Shown piece after piece: positions 26,816-40,030 of a stretch of 64,000 bases of DNA. Each line of letters opens with the position of its first letter. Positions within the stretch are counted from its first letter, which is position 1. Both the position numbers and the translations under genes were made by a program. The notes under the pieces were generated by a model that had not been told where the DNA came from, searched no databases, and saw only the letters and a list, made by a program, of their open reading frames with translations. Location of the stretch: NCBI GenBank assembly GCA_951406725.2, contig OX597817.1, positions 126,790,001 through 126,854,000 on the forward strand. The letters are read 5' to 3'. The DNA is from Octopus vulgaris (lineage: Eukaryota).

Positions 26816-26880
<65 letters not shown>

Positions 26881-27233
26881 ACATGGTTCAATGGTTCAAG
26901 ACGTGAATTACATTATTGTTGTGAAAATTACATTCGATGTCATTACTATACGTGTTTCTCCTGCATAACTGTAGAATTCAGCTGCATTTAGTTGGTTCAG
27001 CCACATTACATATTCATCAAGTGATAGGTAGATGATAGACATATTTATATATATATATATGTATATATTAGATATTATGTCCGTGAATGTCAAATATAAC
27101 ACTATTTATGTGCATCTATATTAAATATAATACTGAACGGTATACAAACATCCAATTCGTTCAGTTTGGTGCTTGGGTGCATACTATTGGATGTTCATTG
27201 ATACATGCATATGCCTGTTTGTGCGTGCGTTTA

Positions 27234-27265
<32 letters not shown>

Positions 27266-27974
27266 GCAGGTAATTTTCTAATGGTCTCCATTCTGATATA
27301 CCATGTAAACAATTAATGTTCTCTTCCTTTATTAGAGTTGTAACTTGTAAACAATAACAAAGAAAATGTGAACGAAGACATCGAACACAAATGTAATGAT
27401 ATCTTTTAGAAAAAGAGGGAAATGAAAAAAGTGTTAATACTTCACAAGTCAATTTTGTTTTAACCTTGAGCTATGTTGTATCTACTTTAAAGTCTGTAGA
27501 ATATTAGTTATGTAATCAAATTGAAAATCGAGAAAACTTGGTTATTATTTCTCCAGTGATAGCTATTTAACAAAATTTTCTTCGAATACAAGCCGTATAG
27601 ATAATTTTACGAATTTACTGATAAGCAATTAGTTATTCGTATCTGAACCTCGTCGTCAATAGAGTTCAACTCACAGGACTGCAATTATGAAAATGCAGCT
27701 CTTATAAACTTCTGGCAGAAAGAGATAAGATGTACAAACGGCATTGAATGAAAATAGAAAATGGCATCAATGTGTTAAAATTTTATTTTGATTGGAATAT
27801 TATATGTGAATATCAAAGTTATAACAATAAAGTAATGCTACTTAATTTTTTGCGACAATATATAATTAGTTATTTCCATGTATATCTATGCATGCTTAAA
27901 CGAATTTAATCACAAACACAATGCACACGGCGATGTATGCGTACGTACTTAGATACATACATACATACATTACT

Positions 27975-28602
27975 CTATCCCACTTTGAAGGGTATGCGTT
28001 TGCAATCCAGGAAATATCAACGACAGATCTGATGCAGAAAAGGTATAGAGATGCAGGAAAAGCTGTAAAAGCCGATGCAGATGTTGTAGAGATCGCATCG
28101 AAGATATCACCCACAACGTAAGCAGTTGCCCGAAAATGTCATTACGGTATTATCTGCCGATGGGGTGTGGTGTTGTAGATTGGACACTGTATAATGAAAT
28201 TCGTCAGAAGGATAATCCCGAGGAAAAAGTAAGAACTCAAAGTATGGTTGAAATCATTGCTCCTCTTAATAAAAAGGAGTACTGGTGAAATGTCCCAGCG
28301 AAGGCCACAATAAAATGTAAATACAACAGACCTGCCCAGCGGAATTTAACATAAAGCTTAAGATCAGTGAAAAAGAGAATACCTACGCTGAACCATTGAG
28401 AAATTTGCAATTACTCTATCCAGATCACGAGTTCAGGTATATACCTGTAATAATTGGACACCTGAGATATGTAACACACTGCCTAAATACCGATCTTGAG
28501 AATTTAGACTTCTGAAAACCAGAAAAGAGAAAGCTAATTCGACCACAGATCCAATTTATCACTGGGAATGTAAAAGCCTGTAAAACTTTCCAGAAGGTTA
28601 TC

Positions 28603-28606
<4 letters not shown>
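27975..28606 (+). mobile_element. RLE-type (R4/Dong-like) LINE 3' relic: zinc knuckle plus restriction-like endonuclease
   Basis: EGYAFAIQE..CRCCRDRIEDITHNVSSCPKM (CCHC)..KYNRP..KENTY..RYIPVIIG; the 3' end abuts (TA)n at 28606. Confidence 0.75.
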
Positions 28607-28654
<48 letters not shown>

Positions 28655-29094
28655 GGCTAGACATGCAAGTATGTGCATGAGAATAAAACTTCAGCACATA
28701 CATATGCATACATATATACAAAAGTACCTTGTTGGTGGTGAAATTCTAATGAAGGAGCCTTGGATCTAGGTAAGAAACCTGCTTTTTCTCTATTGGCAAG
28801 AAATCTTGAAATAACACTCAATAATGACACACATGCATACATTTGTGAGCACATCAATTAATTCGAAATTCAAAAAGGGATTCACGATTTAACGTCTAAA
28901 AGGAAGGGGTAATACGAACAAATATTAAGAATAAAATAATTGTGCGTGTAAAAAAAGGATCTAGCATGGAATGGATTCTACACGGGGGAGATAGGAAGGA
29001 AGGAAGGAAGGAAGAAACGAACGAACAAACGAAGAATTGGTACTGTACAGATCTAACTGGCCATTATATGTATGTATATATATATATATATATA

Positions 29095-29127
<33 letters not shown>

Positions 29128-29139
29128 CATTATTATTAT

Positions 29140-29647
29140 TCTATGTTTGACTTTTGCTTTATGTCTGTACAAGTTGGCTCCAAGAGACAACAGGTTGGAA
29201 GTTCACGTTGTTGTTATGCTTAGTGTGCCATATATATTTTTTTGTGTTGTACTAGTGAATGTCTAATACATAATTTTTTTTTTTAAAGTTTGTTTTAAAC
29301 ATTGGGATTACATAGAGAGTATTTTGCGTAGGATATGAGCAGTTCCCATGAGCACTATCTTTTGAATTTCTGCCATTTTGGGGTTTCCTGGTATCTGAGT
29401 TAGGTAGCAATCAGCCCCTTTCGCTATCATTCCTAGGGCACCTATGACAACAGGTATTGTTTTAGTTTTCAGGTTCCATATTTTGCTGATTTCTATTTGA
29501 AGATCTTTATATTTGCTCAGTTTTTGGTAGGTCTTGACAGGTATGTTTATATCATATCAATGAGGAGGCATATTCTTTGTCTGAAGTCTTTCAATATGAT
29601 GTCTAGCCTATTTGCATCTACCTTTCTGTCAGTTTGAATGGTGAAGT
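29140..29647 (-). mobile_element. 5'-truncated Dong/R4-like LINE (RLE domain plus 3' UTR) within (TAA)n
   Basis: FTIQTDRKVDANRLDIILKDFRQRICLLID..KLSKYKDLQIEISKIWNLKTKTIPVVIGALGMI..IQKIVLMGTAHILRKILSM*; (TTA)n on both flanks. Confidence 0.9.
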
Positions 29648-29666
29648 TATTATCATTAATATTATA

Positions 29667-29731
<65 letters not shown>

Positions 29732-29736
29732 CATTA

Positions 29737-29815
<79 letters not shown>
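29647..29815. repeat. (TTA)n microsatellite
   Basis: Direct reading. Confidence 0.95.
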
Positions 29816-29819
<4 letters not shown>

Positions 29820-30779
29820 TTAGATATATAATATATTTAAAAAGATATTACTATAAACCGACCAAACTTGATCTGCGCAAACAAATTGGTTCCCTAAAAA
29901 GTTCTAATCAAGCTATCAACAGAGTGACCTGAATATCGGATCATGGATTGATTAATATTGCATATACCGCGGAGAATAAGCTCTATTCTAAATTTTTGGG
30001 AAGTATTACGTCTGTTCTACTTTTCCACCTTCATTTGCACTGAAACCGATCTCTGTCGCTTTGTCACTAGTTTACTTGAAAACACTCATAGCTACATGCT
30101 TCTGATGTTTTCATGTATGTTGAATAATAACACTGTTTACATCTTCAGGTATTGTATTCGCACAATTTTTGTTGAATCGCTTCCGGGGATTAAACTATAA
30201 ATGAATGTATTGTGAAATACGAATGAGGCAATACAAAATTTAAACATTTCACTGTTGGCAGTGTAGGCAAACCAGAATCTATTCATACGGAAGCCATTTT
30301 GTCTACGCACAAGCTTATGAAAACTGGTGATATAACTATCAGTTTACCTTTCAAAGCAAGGTTTCAGTTGTATGTTTTTAGATCTTATTATAGAGCATCT
30401 AAATTACATTATGTTGCAATAATTACAAATAATTTTCTTATATATCACCAATATAATTATATACAAGTTGGTATTATCTGTGTCTGAATTTGTATGTATT
30501 CTAAATATCAGTAAACTACTGATATCTCCGTAAATAAAGAAAGAGTAATGTTATCTGGTAGAGTTCTAAATAGTCAGATCAATTCAACATTTTCAAAATT
30601 GGGCTGATAATTCTCCTTCATGCGTTAATTGTGATATGGTACTTAATATTTTCTATATGCATATACCTAGTAATATGCTTACACATAATACACATACTCC
30701 ATACTCATTAATGTAAAACAAAATACGCATAAATATATGTGTGCAGAGCTATATGTGTTTAATGACGAAGGCACATAGT

Positions 30780-31400
30780 CCTTGCTATCCATATTGTTCT
30801 TTCATCAACTGCTCCCCATATTATCGGCAATATCCGGCACTAGTTTGTGTACCATGTACGCAAGAAAGAGGCTAGTACAAATATAAAGATAGAACACCGA
30901 CAAAAATCAGTACTTCTTGGGACTCTAAGAATTCTCCTCAGTGTTCCTGAAGCATGAACATTAAACAAGTGTCAGCTTTGTCTGCTGGTTAAGGATAGCT
31001 GAGACTTTCCATCATGCCCAGCGAATTAAGCTGGGTGTTGTATAGTACCCTGGTGTTTGCGATATTAAACTTAGTCACGGATATATTATCGGAGAAAAAC
31101 AAAAAAGCTGTAAATTGGATTTCATTTCTTCTGCCATAGTCGCCTGGTTTGTGATCGAACATTGCTGACTTACTTATGAGGGTAAGTAGAACAGCTGCTA
31201 TCATGTGTAGAAAGGATCCCACTATCAGTCAACTCCATAAAGTAGCTCGATCTCCTGCCTTTCTTGTGCTGCAAACAGTAGTTCCCCCTTTCTGGTGTAT
31301 GTGGCGGAAAAAGCCCTGCGAAGGACCTGCTGAAATTCCGAAGATAATTTCCTTCTGAATCAAGTCTTATCGACTTTTTGAAGGTAACATGGAACAGAAA
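30780..31400 (-). mobile_element. highly decayed LINE 5' region (possible APE endonuclease start, RTE-like)
   Basis: FNIANTRVLYNTQLNSLGMMESL..GEFLES loosely resembles the APE N-terminus (I.TWNVRTLY..GKL); weak match. Confidence 0.35.
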
Positions 31401-31744
31401 TTGAAATGGAACAGTATATGCGTGAATCTAGCACGAATAACACGATCGTATGGACTCTATCTCATCATATAACTACAGACAGAATAGTACGGGGCAAGAG
31501 AAGTACTTCACATATTACAGTGAAATGATACAGGATGTGTGGACTTCTTGCTTGACACTGGATAATGATTCTCCTGATACTGTGGAATTTTTTGTTTGAA
31601 ACTTTTGGCTGTTATTTGCTTTTTTACACACATTTCTAGAACTTGCCATTGTCCTTTGTGTTAGTATTGTCTAAATGTGTTGGGGATACCTTAGAGCCAT
31701 TAAGGAATTACAACTATTTTTTGTAATATCATTAATATTTTTCT

Positions 31745-31754
31745 TATTATTATT

Positions 31755-31842
<88 letters not shown>
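31745..31842. repeat. (TTA)(TCA)n(TAG)n compound microsatellite
   Basis: Direct reading. Confidence 0.95.
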
Positions 31843-31843
<1 letters not shown>

Positions 31844-32394
31844 AGTATATGATGTTACATATATTATTTGACTGTTAACATTGCACCGGATATTTAATTA
31901 ATGTATCTAGCGTTGATGTAATGAGGTGAAAAATTATTTAAATATTATTGCTATTCAACAAGTTTCGATTTACCGGCTGGGAAACGTTGCATTGGCAACT
32001 AAACATCGTTTCTATTGATATTTTGACTTGTACTATACTAAAAGATGTAAACTACAATGGAAATAATCTCCGTGTTTTTATGTGTCTGAGGCAAATATCT
32101 TGAACCTTCAATTCATTATCTAATGTGTAAGCCTCGTTATTTCACTGACATTAATTAAGTGGTAAATGGCTATTGAAATGCAGCTGAATAGTACATATAT
32201 AACACTTTTGATTTATTGTTTCAAATAGTGGAGGTACAAATATTTCACATTCTTTTACCTGATACTGAAGAAATGCTTATATCCCCATAAATGACTCATC
32301 CAAAAACGTGTCAGTCAATTAATACTCTAGAATTATTACGCAGCCATCGTTTCGGAGAGTGTATCAGTATTTATCCTCTATAATATATTTATCA

Positions 32395-32590
32395 CTTTAT
32401 TGCCCACAATAGGCTAAACATAGAGGGGACAAGGATAGACAAACGGACAAACAAGGATAGACAAAAGGATTAAGTCGATTACATTGATCACAGTGCGTAA
32501 CTAGTGTTTATTAAATCGACCCCGAAAAGGTGAAAGGAGAATTCGACCTCAGAACGTAACGGCAGACGTAATACCGATAAGCATTTCGCA
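32395..32590 (-). mobile_element. SINE family B copy
   Basis: taagtcgattacattgatc..aaatcgaccccgaaaaggtgaaagg..tcgacctc..agaacgtaacggcagacg is the reverse complement of the family B body. Confidence 0.8.
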
Positions 32591-32609
32591 ATTTCTTTTA
32601 TTTCCCCAA

Positions 32610-33900
32610 AGGGGCTAGTATAATCTGATATGGGGGTAACATTTAAAGTATAAGTTGACACAGATGAATTTTAAAATTTTACATAAATATGAAGAGTTCG
32701 AATGACAACACATACAAGACAACATTACAGAATGGAGTGGGGAGGCGGGATATACTCGGGCCCCACGAGCCACGCCTCACTACTGATGCTTTAGTTTTAT
32801 CCTGCGTGGTATTCAAACGGTCTCATCCATACGCTACATTCGTGCGACATTCTTCCATCGATCTTCAAACATTTTCGCGGACAGTTATTTTCTCTCTAGC
32901 TCTATTTCCATTCTTAGGTGGAAGGTGAAGAAATTCTGAGTCAATAACTTAATCCGGTCTCTGTACTCCTTAATGGCCAAAAGGGACGTATCAAGATTCC
33001 ATTAGCTGGATCCTCGATTGTATAACTTATCTATGTTGAGTACACAGATGAGCATTTTATGATCACTGTAGCCTACCCGGAAAAACTTTGGACACCTAAA
33101 AATATCCCTATCTGCTTTATTAATTAACACCTTATCTAGGTATGACATTGAAGATCCATCAATGTCCAAAATAGAGCGTTCCGAAATTCCAACCTATAAG
33201 GATCTGCTATCTGAAAGCGGCTTAGCAGTTCCAGGAAGCAAGGATTACCTTTTCTATCAGAACAGGAGTCAACATACTCTGTGCATGCGTCGCTCAAGTA
33301 GAGAATGTGACGTACCGATAAACTTCTCTAGGTTCCGATAATACTCATTTTGCTCTTTTTCAGAGGGTGCTTAAATTGCAACCATCTGATAATCTTACCA
33401 CGACTGAGTGTGTTTACTGGATCCGAAAAAGTTAGCTTTTTCTGAGAAACCCGGTTTCTTTTTAACAGGAACAACACCCTCCTCCCGGCAGCAGGACATC
33501 CCGGAAAGAAAAAAAATTCGAAGCCATCAAATAGTGGGAGGAGATATCTTGACCCCATTAACCGGTTTTCCGTAGGAACAATGACATACAAATTACACGA
33601 TCTGTCATTAAGCAAGCGACCTTGTTTTCAGCTTGACCTCAGGCCATGCACATTAAAACAAACAAGATGAATACAAGCCATCTACTTACCTTGGTGTCAG
33701 TGGCTTTCGAACTTGTCTTTTTCCTTTACCCGGTCTCGTGGGGTGGTTTGACGTAGGTCCTCGTACATGGACTTACTGAAGTCCAACCTCGGAGGGCCTA
33801 CGTCTGTGGGAAAGTAGGATTTCATATTCCAAGACTTGTACCGTCTATGTGGTATTTAAAAATTCCTTCCAGAAGTGTTCAATGGTGTTCTTTGTATAAT
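32610..33900 (-). mobile_element. decayed Tx1/L1-like LINE, ORF2/3' portion
   Basis: MEIELERK*LSAKMFEDRWKNVARM resembles the Tx1-type ORF2 C-terminus (F..RW). Same orientation as the ORF1 relic beyond the Helitron. Confidence 0.55.
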
Positions 33901-33922
33901 TTTGCTGTTCGTATATTTTTAA

Positions 33923-35043
33923 CTAGCAGCATAGCCCGGCGTTGCCGGGTATGTAAGAGCCCCTAGTAGGCAACGACTAATCCCAATCTAGTCCTTTCCC
34001 TCTAGGGAACGAAGGCGCATGTGTAGGTTGCAATGTCTTCTCTTCACTCCCAAATAACTATCAAACAGCTATCGATAATTCAACCCAACCATTTCCTACC
34101 AGGAAGAAATTACATTCGAGACTTTACGACCCCAACTTCTGCTAATAGCTGCTGCAGCCGCAAGTTATTCGAATACTTTTTTTGTTTAAACTTTCTTTAT
34201 AACTACCACCCCAAACGTTTTATCTTAAATTATTGACGGACCCTAAGGGTCCTTGGACGATATTATAAACCGCTTCTGTCGTGTGTTCAGTTTGTTCAGT
34301 TTGGTCACTTTTCACTTTTTCGTTGTTGTCACTCACATTGCTGCCCGCTTTTTTGCCGTTTTTGTACATTTTTATACATTTTGGGGTACTTACTCCACGT
34401 GTTCCGAGAGTTAAAAGGGTCGAGTTGCGTCCCCTAGACAGTCTGTGGTTTGTGTTTAATACACAAATCAGTTTGCTATGTGTGCCACATATGATTTAAT
34501 TAACCGATTTTTTTCCAGTAATAAAGTATCCTATTGGAATAAAAAGGGCCATATAGCTCCTTGGGGCAGACATGATGCTCGCTGTGAATTTTAAAAAAAA
34601 TTCCTGCCAATTTGTGAAAGATATTGTCGAAAATATGTCATCTTGAATTTGAACGCGATTTCCCAAAATGGCATGATTTTATCGATTTTTTCTGATGGTA
34701 AGGTATTGCATAGAAAACTAACGTCAGAATTAAGTTTCTTAGGGTAACATTAAGCTTCACCATGAGTTTGGTGAAAATCGATTGCAAGTTGCGAAAACTA
34801 CAACAGAAAATATGTTGCATATAAAAAGCTTAGATTCTTGAGCCGATGTCAAATCTATCAATTTTTTTCAGAACTGGGAGAACTTTGCAAAGTTTTCGCT
34901 GCGTTAGTGTTGAATTATGACATTGGGCTATGTATGTGTTAAGTTTTATCAGAATCGGTTGAAAGCCGTGGTCAGGGTGAGGGTACAACCTGACAGACAC
35001 ACGGACACACAGACAGACAAACTGCCGTTTATATAGAGAGAGA
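33923..35043 (-). mobile_element. non-autonomous Helitron (~1.1 kb) with intact termini
   Basis: The minus strand begins A|TCtctctctatataaa, followed by a (TCTG/TGTC)-like repeat, and ends with hairpin cccggc-aac-gccggg (33935-33949) then ctatgctgCTAG|T. Inserted between A and T with no TSD. Confidence 0.92.
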
Positions 35044-35049
35044 TACGTG

Positions 35050-36400
35050 TTGACAATTGTTCATTCTTGGCATTTATTGCCAGTAATAATAGTTTGTTTT
35101 GCCAGTTTTCTCACGGGACTGGAGTGGGGATGATTTCCTAGGCTAGGCAGAAGTGATGTACGGGGGAGGGGATATCAGGATTGGAGAAGGCGGTGAAATA
35201 TCAGGGCTGGAAGGGAGGGAGGGGAAGATATCAGGTTTGGAAGGAACGGATATTGATATTTTTTGGTGAATAAATGTGGAGAGGGGTAGTTTGGATTTCA
35301 TGTGTGTTTGCTGAGGGAGCTTTTTCTTCTTTGTACTGGATGATGAGGGGTGGGTTTGGGGTTCTTCCTTTTCGGCATTTTCTTCTTTTTACAGTCGACC
35401 ATCCGTCTTCACTGCCAGCTGGTCGAGTGTTTTCGTTGCTGGGAGCCTGCTGGTCGGTCTTCTGTGTCTCTGCCTCTTCTTTTGGGGCCGCCTCCACCTT
35501 ACGGGTTGGACAGCTTACCCAAATGTAGCCCTTCTCTCCACATTCGAACCACCGGGCTTTTCTCCTCTCCACGATTACCCGTAAGGTGATTTCGTCTCCG
35601 TGGTGTATATTTTCCACGATCTTTCCCAGAGTCTGTGGTGACGTTTGAATGATGACCTCGAGGCTTTGCCCCTTCCATTTCTACTGGTGGAGTTTTGGGG
35701 ATTCTAGTATTGTTATTGCTTCTTCGAGCCCCATTAATAGGGCCAAGCATAGCCATATGACGTCAATTTCTGGCGGGATCTCTTCTATTGTAATCTATGA
35801 TGTACACCTACCTAAGTACGTTGACAGCAACACAATGTCTGTAGTTATCAAGGGTTTCACTGAGTGTCTTTTTAGCCCTTTCATCGCTCTTGAAAAAAAC
35901 TACTACGATTGTAAAACATAGAGTACCACTGGTCATGTACTCTATGTCCTGCCAGATCGGTTGTAGGCATTTTTCTATTTTTTCTTTGGTGCTTTATCGA
36001 GTGTTTTTCTTTTATTACCAGGATTTTAAACACGATTACTTTCTTGGCAGTTTTCTCAATGATTTCGCTTGCGAGGGTGGCTTTTATGTGGTATCCCTCC
36101 TTCGCAAACATGTTTTGGTGCTGTATAAGCACGCTTCGTTTTATACACAAGTTTTCGCTTTTGATTTCAGCCACAGCTGGAAAATTTATCTTTTTTGCCT
36201 GTTCAACAAGGTTCTCTGCCGTCGGCATGCCTAACATTTCTTTCATTTTATCACAATTTTTTCCTCCTCAGAGGAAGTGTTCAATTTTGAACAACATATT
36301 AAACAACATAGGGGAATAAAAGTTCGCATCGTCCACCGCACGCAGAAAGCAATTTATAAAAACAGAAGAAGGAAAAATTCAGTTACAACAATTTCAACAC
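35050..36400 (-). mobile_element. decayed Tx1/L1-like LINE ORF1 (gag-like zinc knuckle)
   Basis: ITLRVIVERRKARWFECGEKGYIWVSCP (degenerate CX2CX4HX4C) followed by GWSTVKRRK, typical of LINE ORF1; fragmented upstream ORFs on the same strand. Confidence 0.7.
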
Positions 36401-39400
36401 TAACCTTCAAATAAAAATGAATAAAACACCACAGAAGTATTCACAAATCACAATACCGCTAACCATTTCACCCGGCATGCTAAGGATTCTGCCAGCTCAC
36501 TGCCCTTATAGTATATTAGAGTGTACATATTAATGAACAGCATGATATATCCAAGACAATGGCATATATTGCAGCAAGTTTTACGCATAAAATTTATTAA
36601 TGAAGACTGTTCTGTTTCAAACTGCTGAAAATGAAGTCAGTATAAAGAAAAATAAAAGAAAATACTGTTTGTAATATAATTCACAAAATTATATAAACAA
36701 GTTGATCCATCACCTTATATTTGCTGAGTTTCATAATAAACTAATTGTTTAAAATGTACATACATATAATTCATAAGGTGACTGTGGTATACAAATATAA
36801 AATTTTATCTCATGGGAATTTTAGGTGAAATTATTTGAAATAACTTGAATATTGCTTTGGTATATTTATGATTATTTACGGTTAATTCACTTAAACAATT
36901 TAGTAATACTGTATTTACCATTTATATATTTGTATACAATGTTTTGTAAACTTTTAGAATAAAGCTATGTAGAACGTGACACACTGTAAATTACTTCTCT
37001 GCCATAACATGTGTTGCATCTTTCCCCTAACATAACCATATCTTCGTCCAAGTGTTTCTTGTTGTTTCGAAATATATTCACTTTGGTCATTAATATACAT
37101 TATTCTTGTAAATATCCAATTAACTCTATGGAACGTTTTCCTGTTTGCTTTGTTTTCATGTTGCATTTTCTTACACGGATAATATTTAGCACAACCTCTA
37201 GTTTTTCGAGTTTTCTTTCTGTTCTACAAAATATTCTTTTTCTGTGCTATAACGTCCAAGATTGTCAATGTTGTGTCACTGATTACATAATTCGCAGCTT
37301 AATACGCAGCTGGAAAATTGCCATTTTATACTATGCCATCAACCTCGCACTGTATCCAAGATGAATACATATATTTCAACGCAACACATTTGAAATATAT
37401 GCGTTATGAAATATGTCGCAATTGTAATCTGAAATTTTGATAAATGATAAATTATTTCCATCGAGTTTTCGAAGCGAAGATTGCCCATTCAATATCTACT
37501 GACATTAGACTAACTGTATGCAGTTCCAAAATTCTTAATCACTTCTGATTAAAAGCACACACATGAAAAAGGACAACAGCTTACAAACTTCAGTTTCTCA
37601 TGAAAATTAATCTAATATTATGGCTATTCAAGACATGTTTCGTGAGTGTAAAGTATAATCAATTGCATCTCCTGTAATATTCATATATAACACTATTGTT
37701 TACAAATAAGTTTATTCTTTTAATTTAATGTTGATTAATAACTTTCTATCGCAGATGGTCGGACATTTGAGTGTTCAATATTGTAAATATCGGTTCTTGT
37801 CTTTAGAATTAGTATTTCTTTATCGATGGTTATCGAAGTACGAAAGGTAACGTCCACCTCCGCAGGATTCGAACGGAAGTTGCAGTGAATAGTAATACAT
37901 AAAGAAAATGCCTCTTGGCTTACACTTTAACTACCCTGCTAATCCGCTGGGTTAGATATTTAAGTTATGAAATCAACTTAAATCAAATTTACTGGCCAAC
38001 AATTCTAGTTAACAACTGCCAAACACCAGACCGATACTTATATAATTGTACAACTGTCAGACAGGAAGAGAAAAAAAGAGAGATATAGCGCACCATATGT
38101 TTGTATTTAGCTTGTTATGTTTCACTGCAACAAGACGTTTGTCTGTTGAATGTTTCTAGTTCTGCACACTTGAATCGATGTAAGTAAAAGTTAGTGTGTT
38201 AAGGAGCCAAGTTGTTTCTTCTCGTCACTGTTAAATAGACTTCAAATAAAGTGAAAATCACAAGAACTACTAATAATGAAATGTCAAGAAAGATGTAGTC
38301 ATTCATGTATAGATAATTTAAAGTTTAATAGACCAAACACAAGTAGGCTGGAATAATACATTAACCTAGAGACCCTTTGAAATTCAGTTTTAGTTTCTGT
38401 TGATAAACTACTGATAATGTACGAAAGTTTACAGTTGATGTTAGCGAAATAGTTCAGTAGGTGTGTCTGCAAACCGTAAAGTGAGAACGGGGCGGAGAGA
38501 GAAAGCAATACAAAGTGAATTCAAATGAGAGAAAAGGAGCGTAACATTTATATGTGTGATATAGGAACGTTTTATGAGAGATAATTATTTCAAAATTGAT
38601 AGCAGCATTATCTAGTAAAGACAAGTCAAATATTTGCTAATGCCTAAAATAATAATTATCACATTTTACCTCTCAGTAAAAATGATAGAAATTATGTGGA
38701 CCATGTCTCAAGTATAATGAAGAATTTGGAGATATATACACTCACAGGTGAGTAAATAATTGGTTACATTGAATGATTTAATAAACATAACACGTTTCGG
38801 GTCTTATGTTTACTCTTCATCCTAACTAGTTTGAAGATGGTACGGTGAATGTTACATCATGATATGAATACAAAGTAACCAATAGATATCTAGAAAGTGA
38901 ATTATAAAATAAAACATGTTTTCATTTAAATTTGTTAGCATATATGATACAAATGTGTTTAAGTGAATTTAAGATACTTATAAAAGAAATATATGACCTG
39001 GTTCCTAACGCAAATCATTGCTGTCAAATAAACATTCTAAAGCATGGACATGTAAAAGAGACATGAAGAGCAACAAATTTCATTCATATTACTGTAGTTT
39101 GCTTTCGATTGCCCTGAGGCAATGCAACCTATGTGTTATTGCCGAAGGCCTTACTTTTCATACTACTGTTCATTTTACTGTCGGTAATAGATAACAGATT
39201 GTTTGCAATGCTTTACTGTAATAAAGAATAATGTTTTATTAGTGCGAAGCTAATTATCATCTAATCACAGGAATATTTATCTGCCCTCCGGTTTACAAAT
39301 TACCGATGCACCCATCGACAACGTATAAATGTTGGTCTTGTAGTTACTTTTGCATATTTTAACCATGTGTCTTTTAATTCTTGTTTTCATCTCATGCATA

Positions 39401-39539
39401 CTTTTATGCAATCTCAAGTTTTACTTATTCAAAAAATGGGCATTCAGTTTCTACTAGTGAAGAATAGGGCGAAGTAAAGATAATCTTGAGTTATTGCAAT
39501 ATTACAAGCACAATTGGATAATGTGCATCGAATATAAAA

Positions 39540-40030
39540 TACTATGCTTCCTTCTTGATCGGTAATGCGGACACACCTTGAATCCTTGCTTTCTGCGCAT
39601 GTGGGAGAAGATAGATTAAAGAATCATTGGTTGAAATTGGGATCCAAACTTGGACCTCAAATCTGGTGATTCCAACGTTTTATATGATCCACGTGTTGAC
39701 ATAAAAAACTATATTCCTCCCTGTGCACACGAAAGTGAGTCTCACGAAGGAATTCCGTAAAGCATTGCCACCTGTGGATGGCACTTCCAAGTACATAATT
39801 TTGACATTTCCTTGCCTGACAGTTGGAAAAATCAAGACCCGTGTATTCTATGGTCCTCAGATTCAGCTACTCACAAAGATGCACACATTATCGGGTCAGT
39901 GCCACAATTCGAAAGAATGCACATTCAGGGACCTTGTCAAGAAAGTTCTTGCAAATACCCAAAGAACATATAAAACGAAATTGTCAAGACATCAGTGGAA
40001 AAGTTTCCCTTAATTGTTGCAAATATTGGA
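39540..40030 (+). mobile_element. DNA transposase relic, probably Chapaev3/CMC-like
   Basis: LLDR*CGHTLNPCFLRMWE..LPVHTKVSLTKEFRKALPP..KYIILTFPCLTVGKIKTRVFYGPQIQLL resembles LPPLHIKLGLMK.FVKAL..KIK.GIF.GPQIR. Superfamily assigned from recall. Confidence 0.7.

Noticed and set aside
28741-28790. ctaatgaagg...agaaacc hammerhead-like spacing in a repeat-like segment
   Set aside because: The core is mutated and the stems cannot be demonstrated without a consensus.
38785-38825. minus-strand atgaaga...ccgaaacgtgtta hammerhead-like motif
   Set aside because: The core C is missing and stem I is absent; too degenerate to call.
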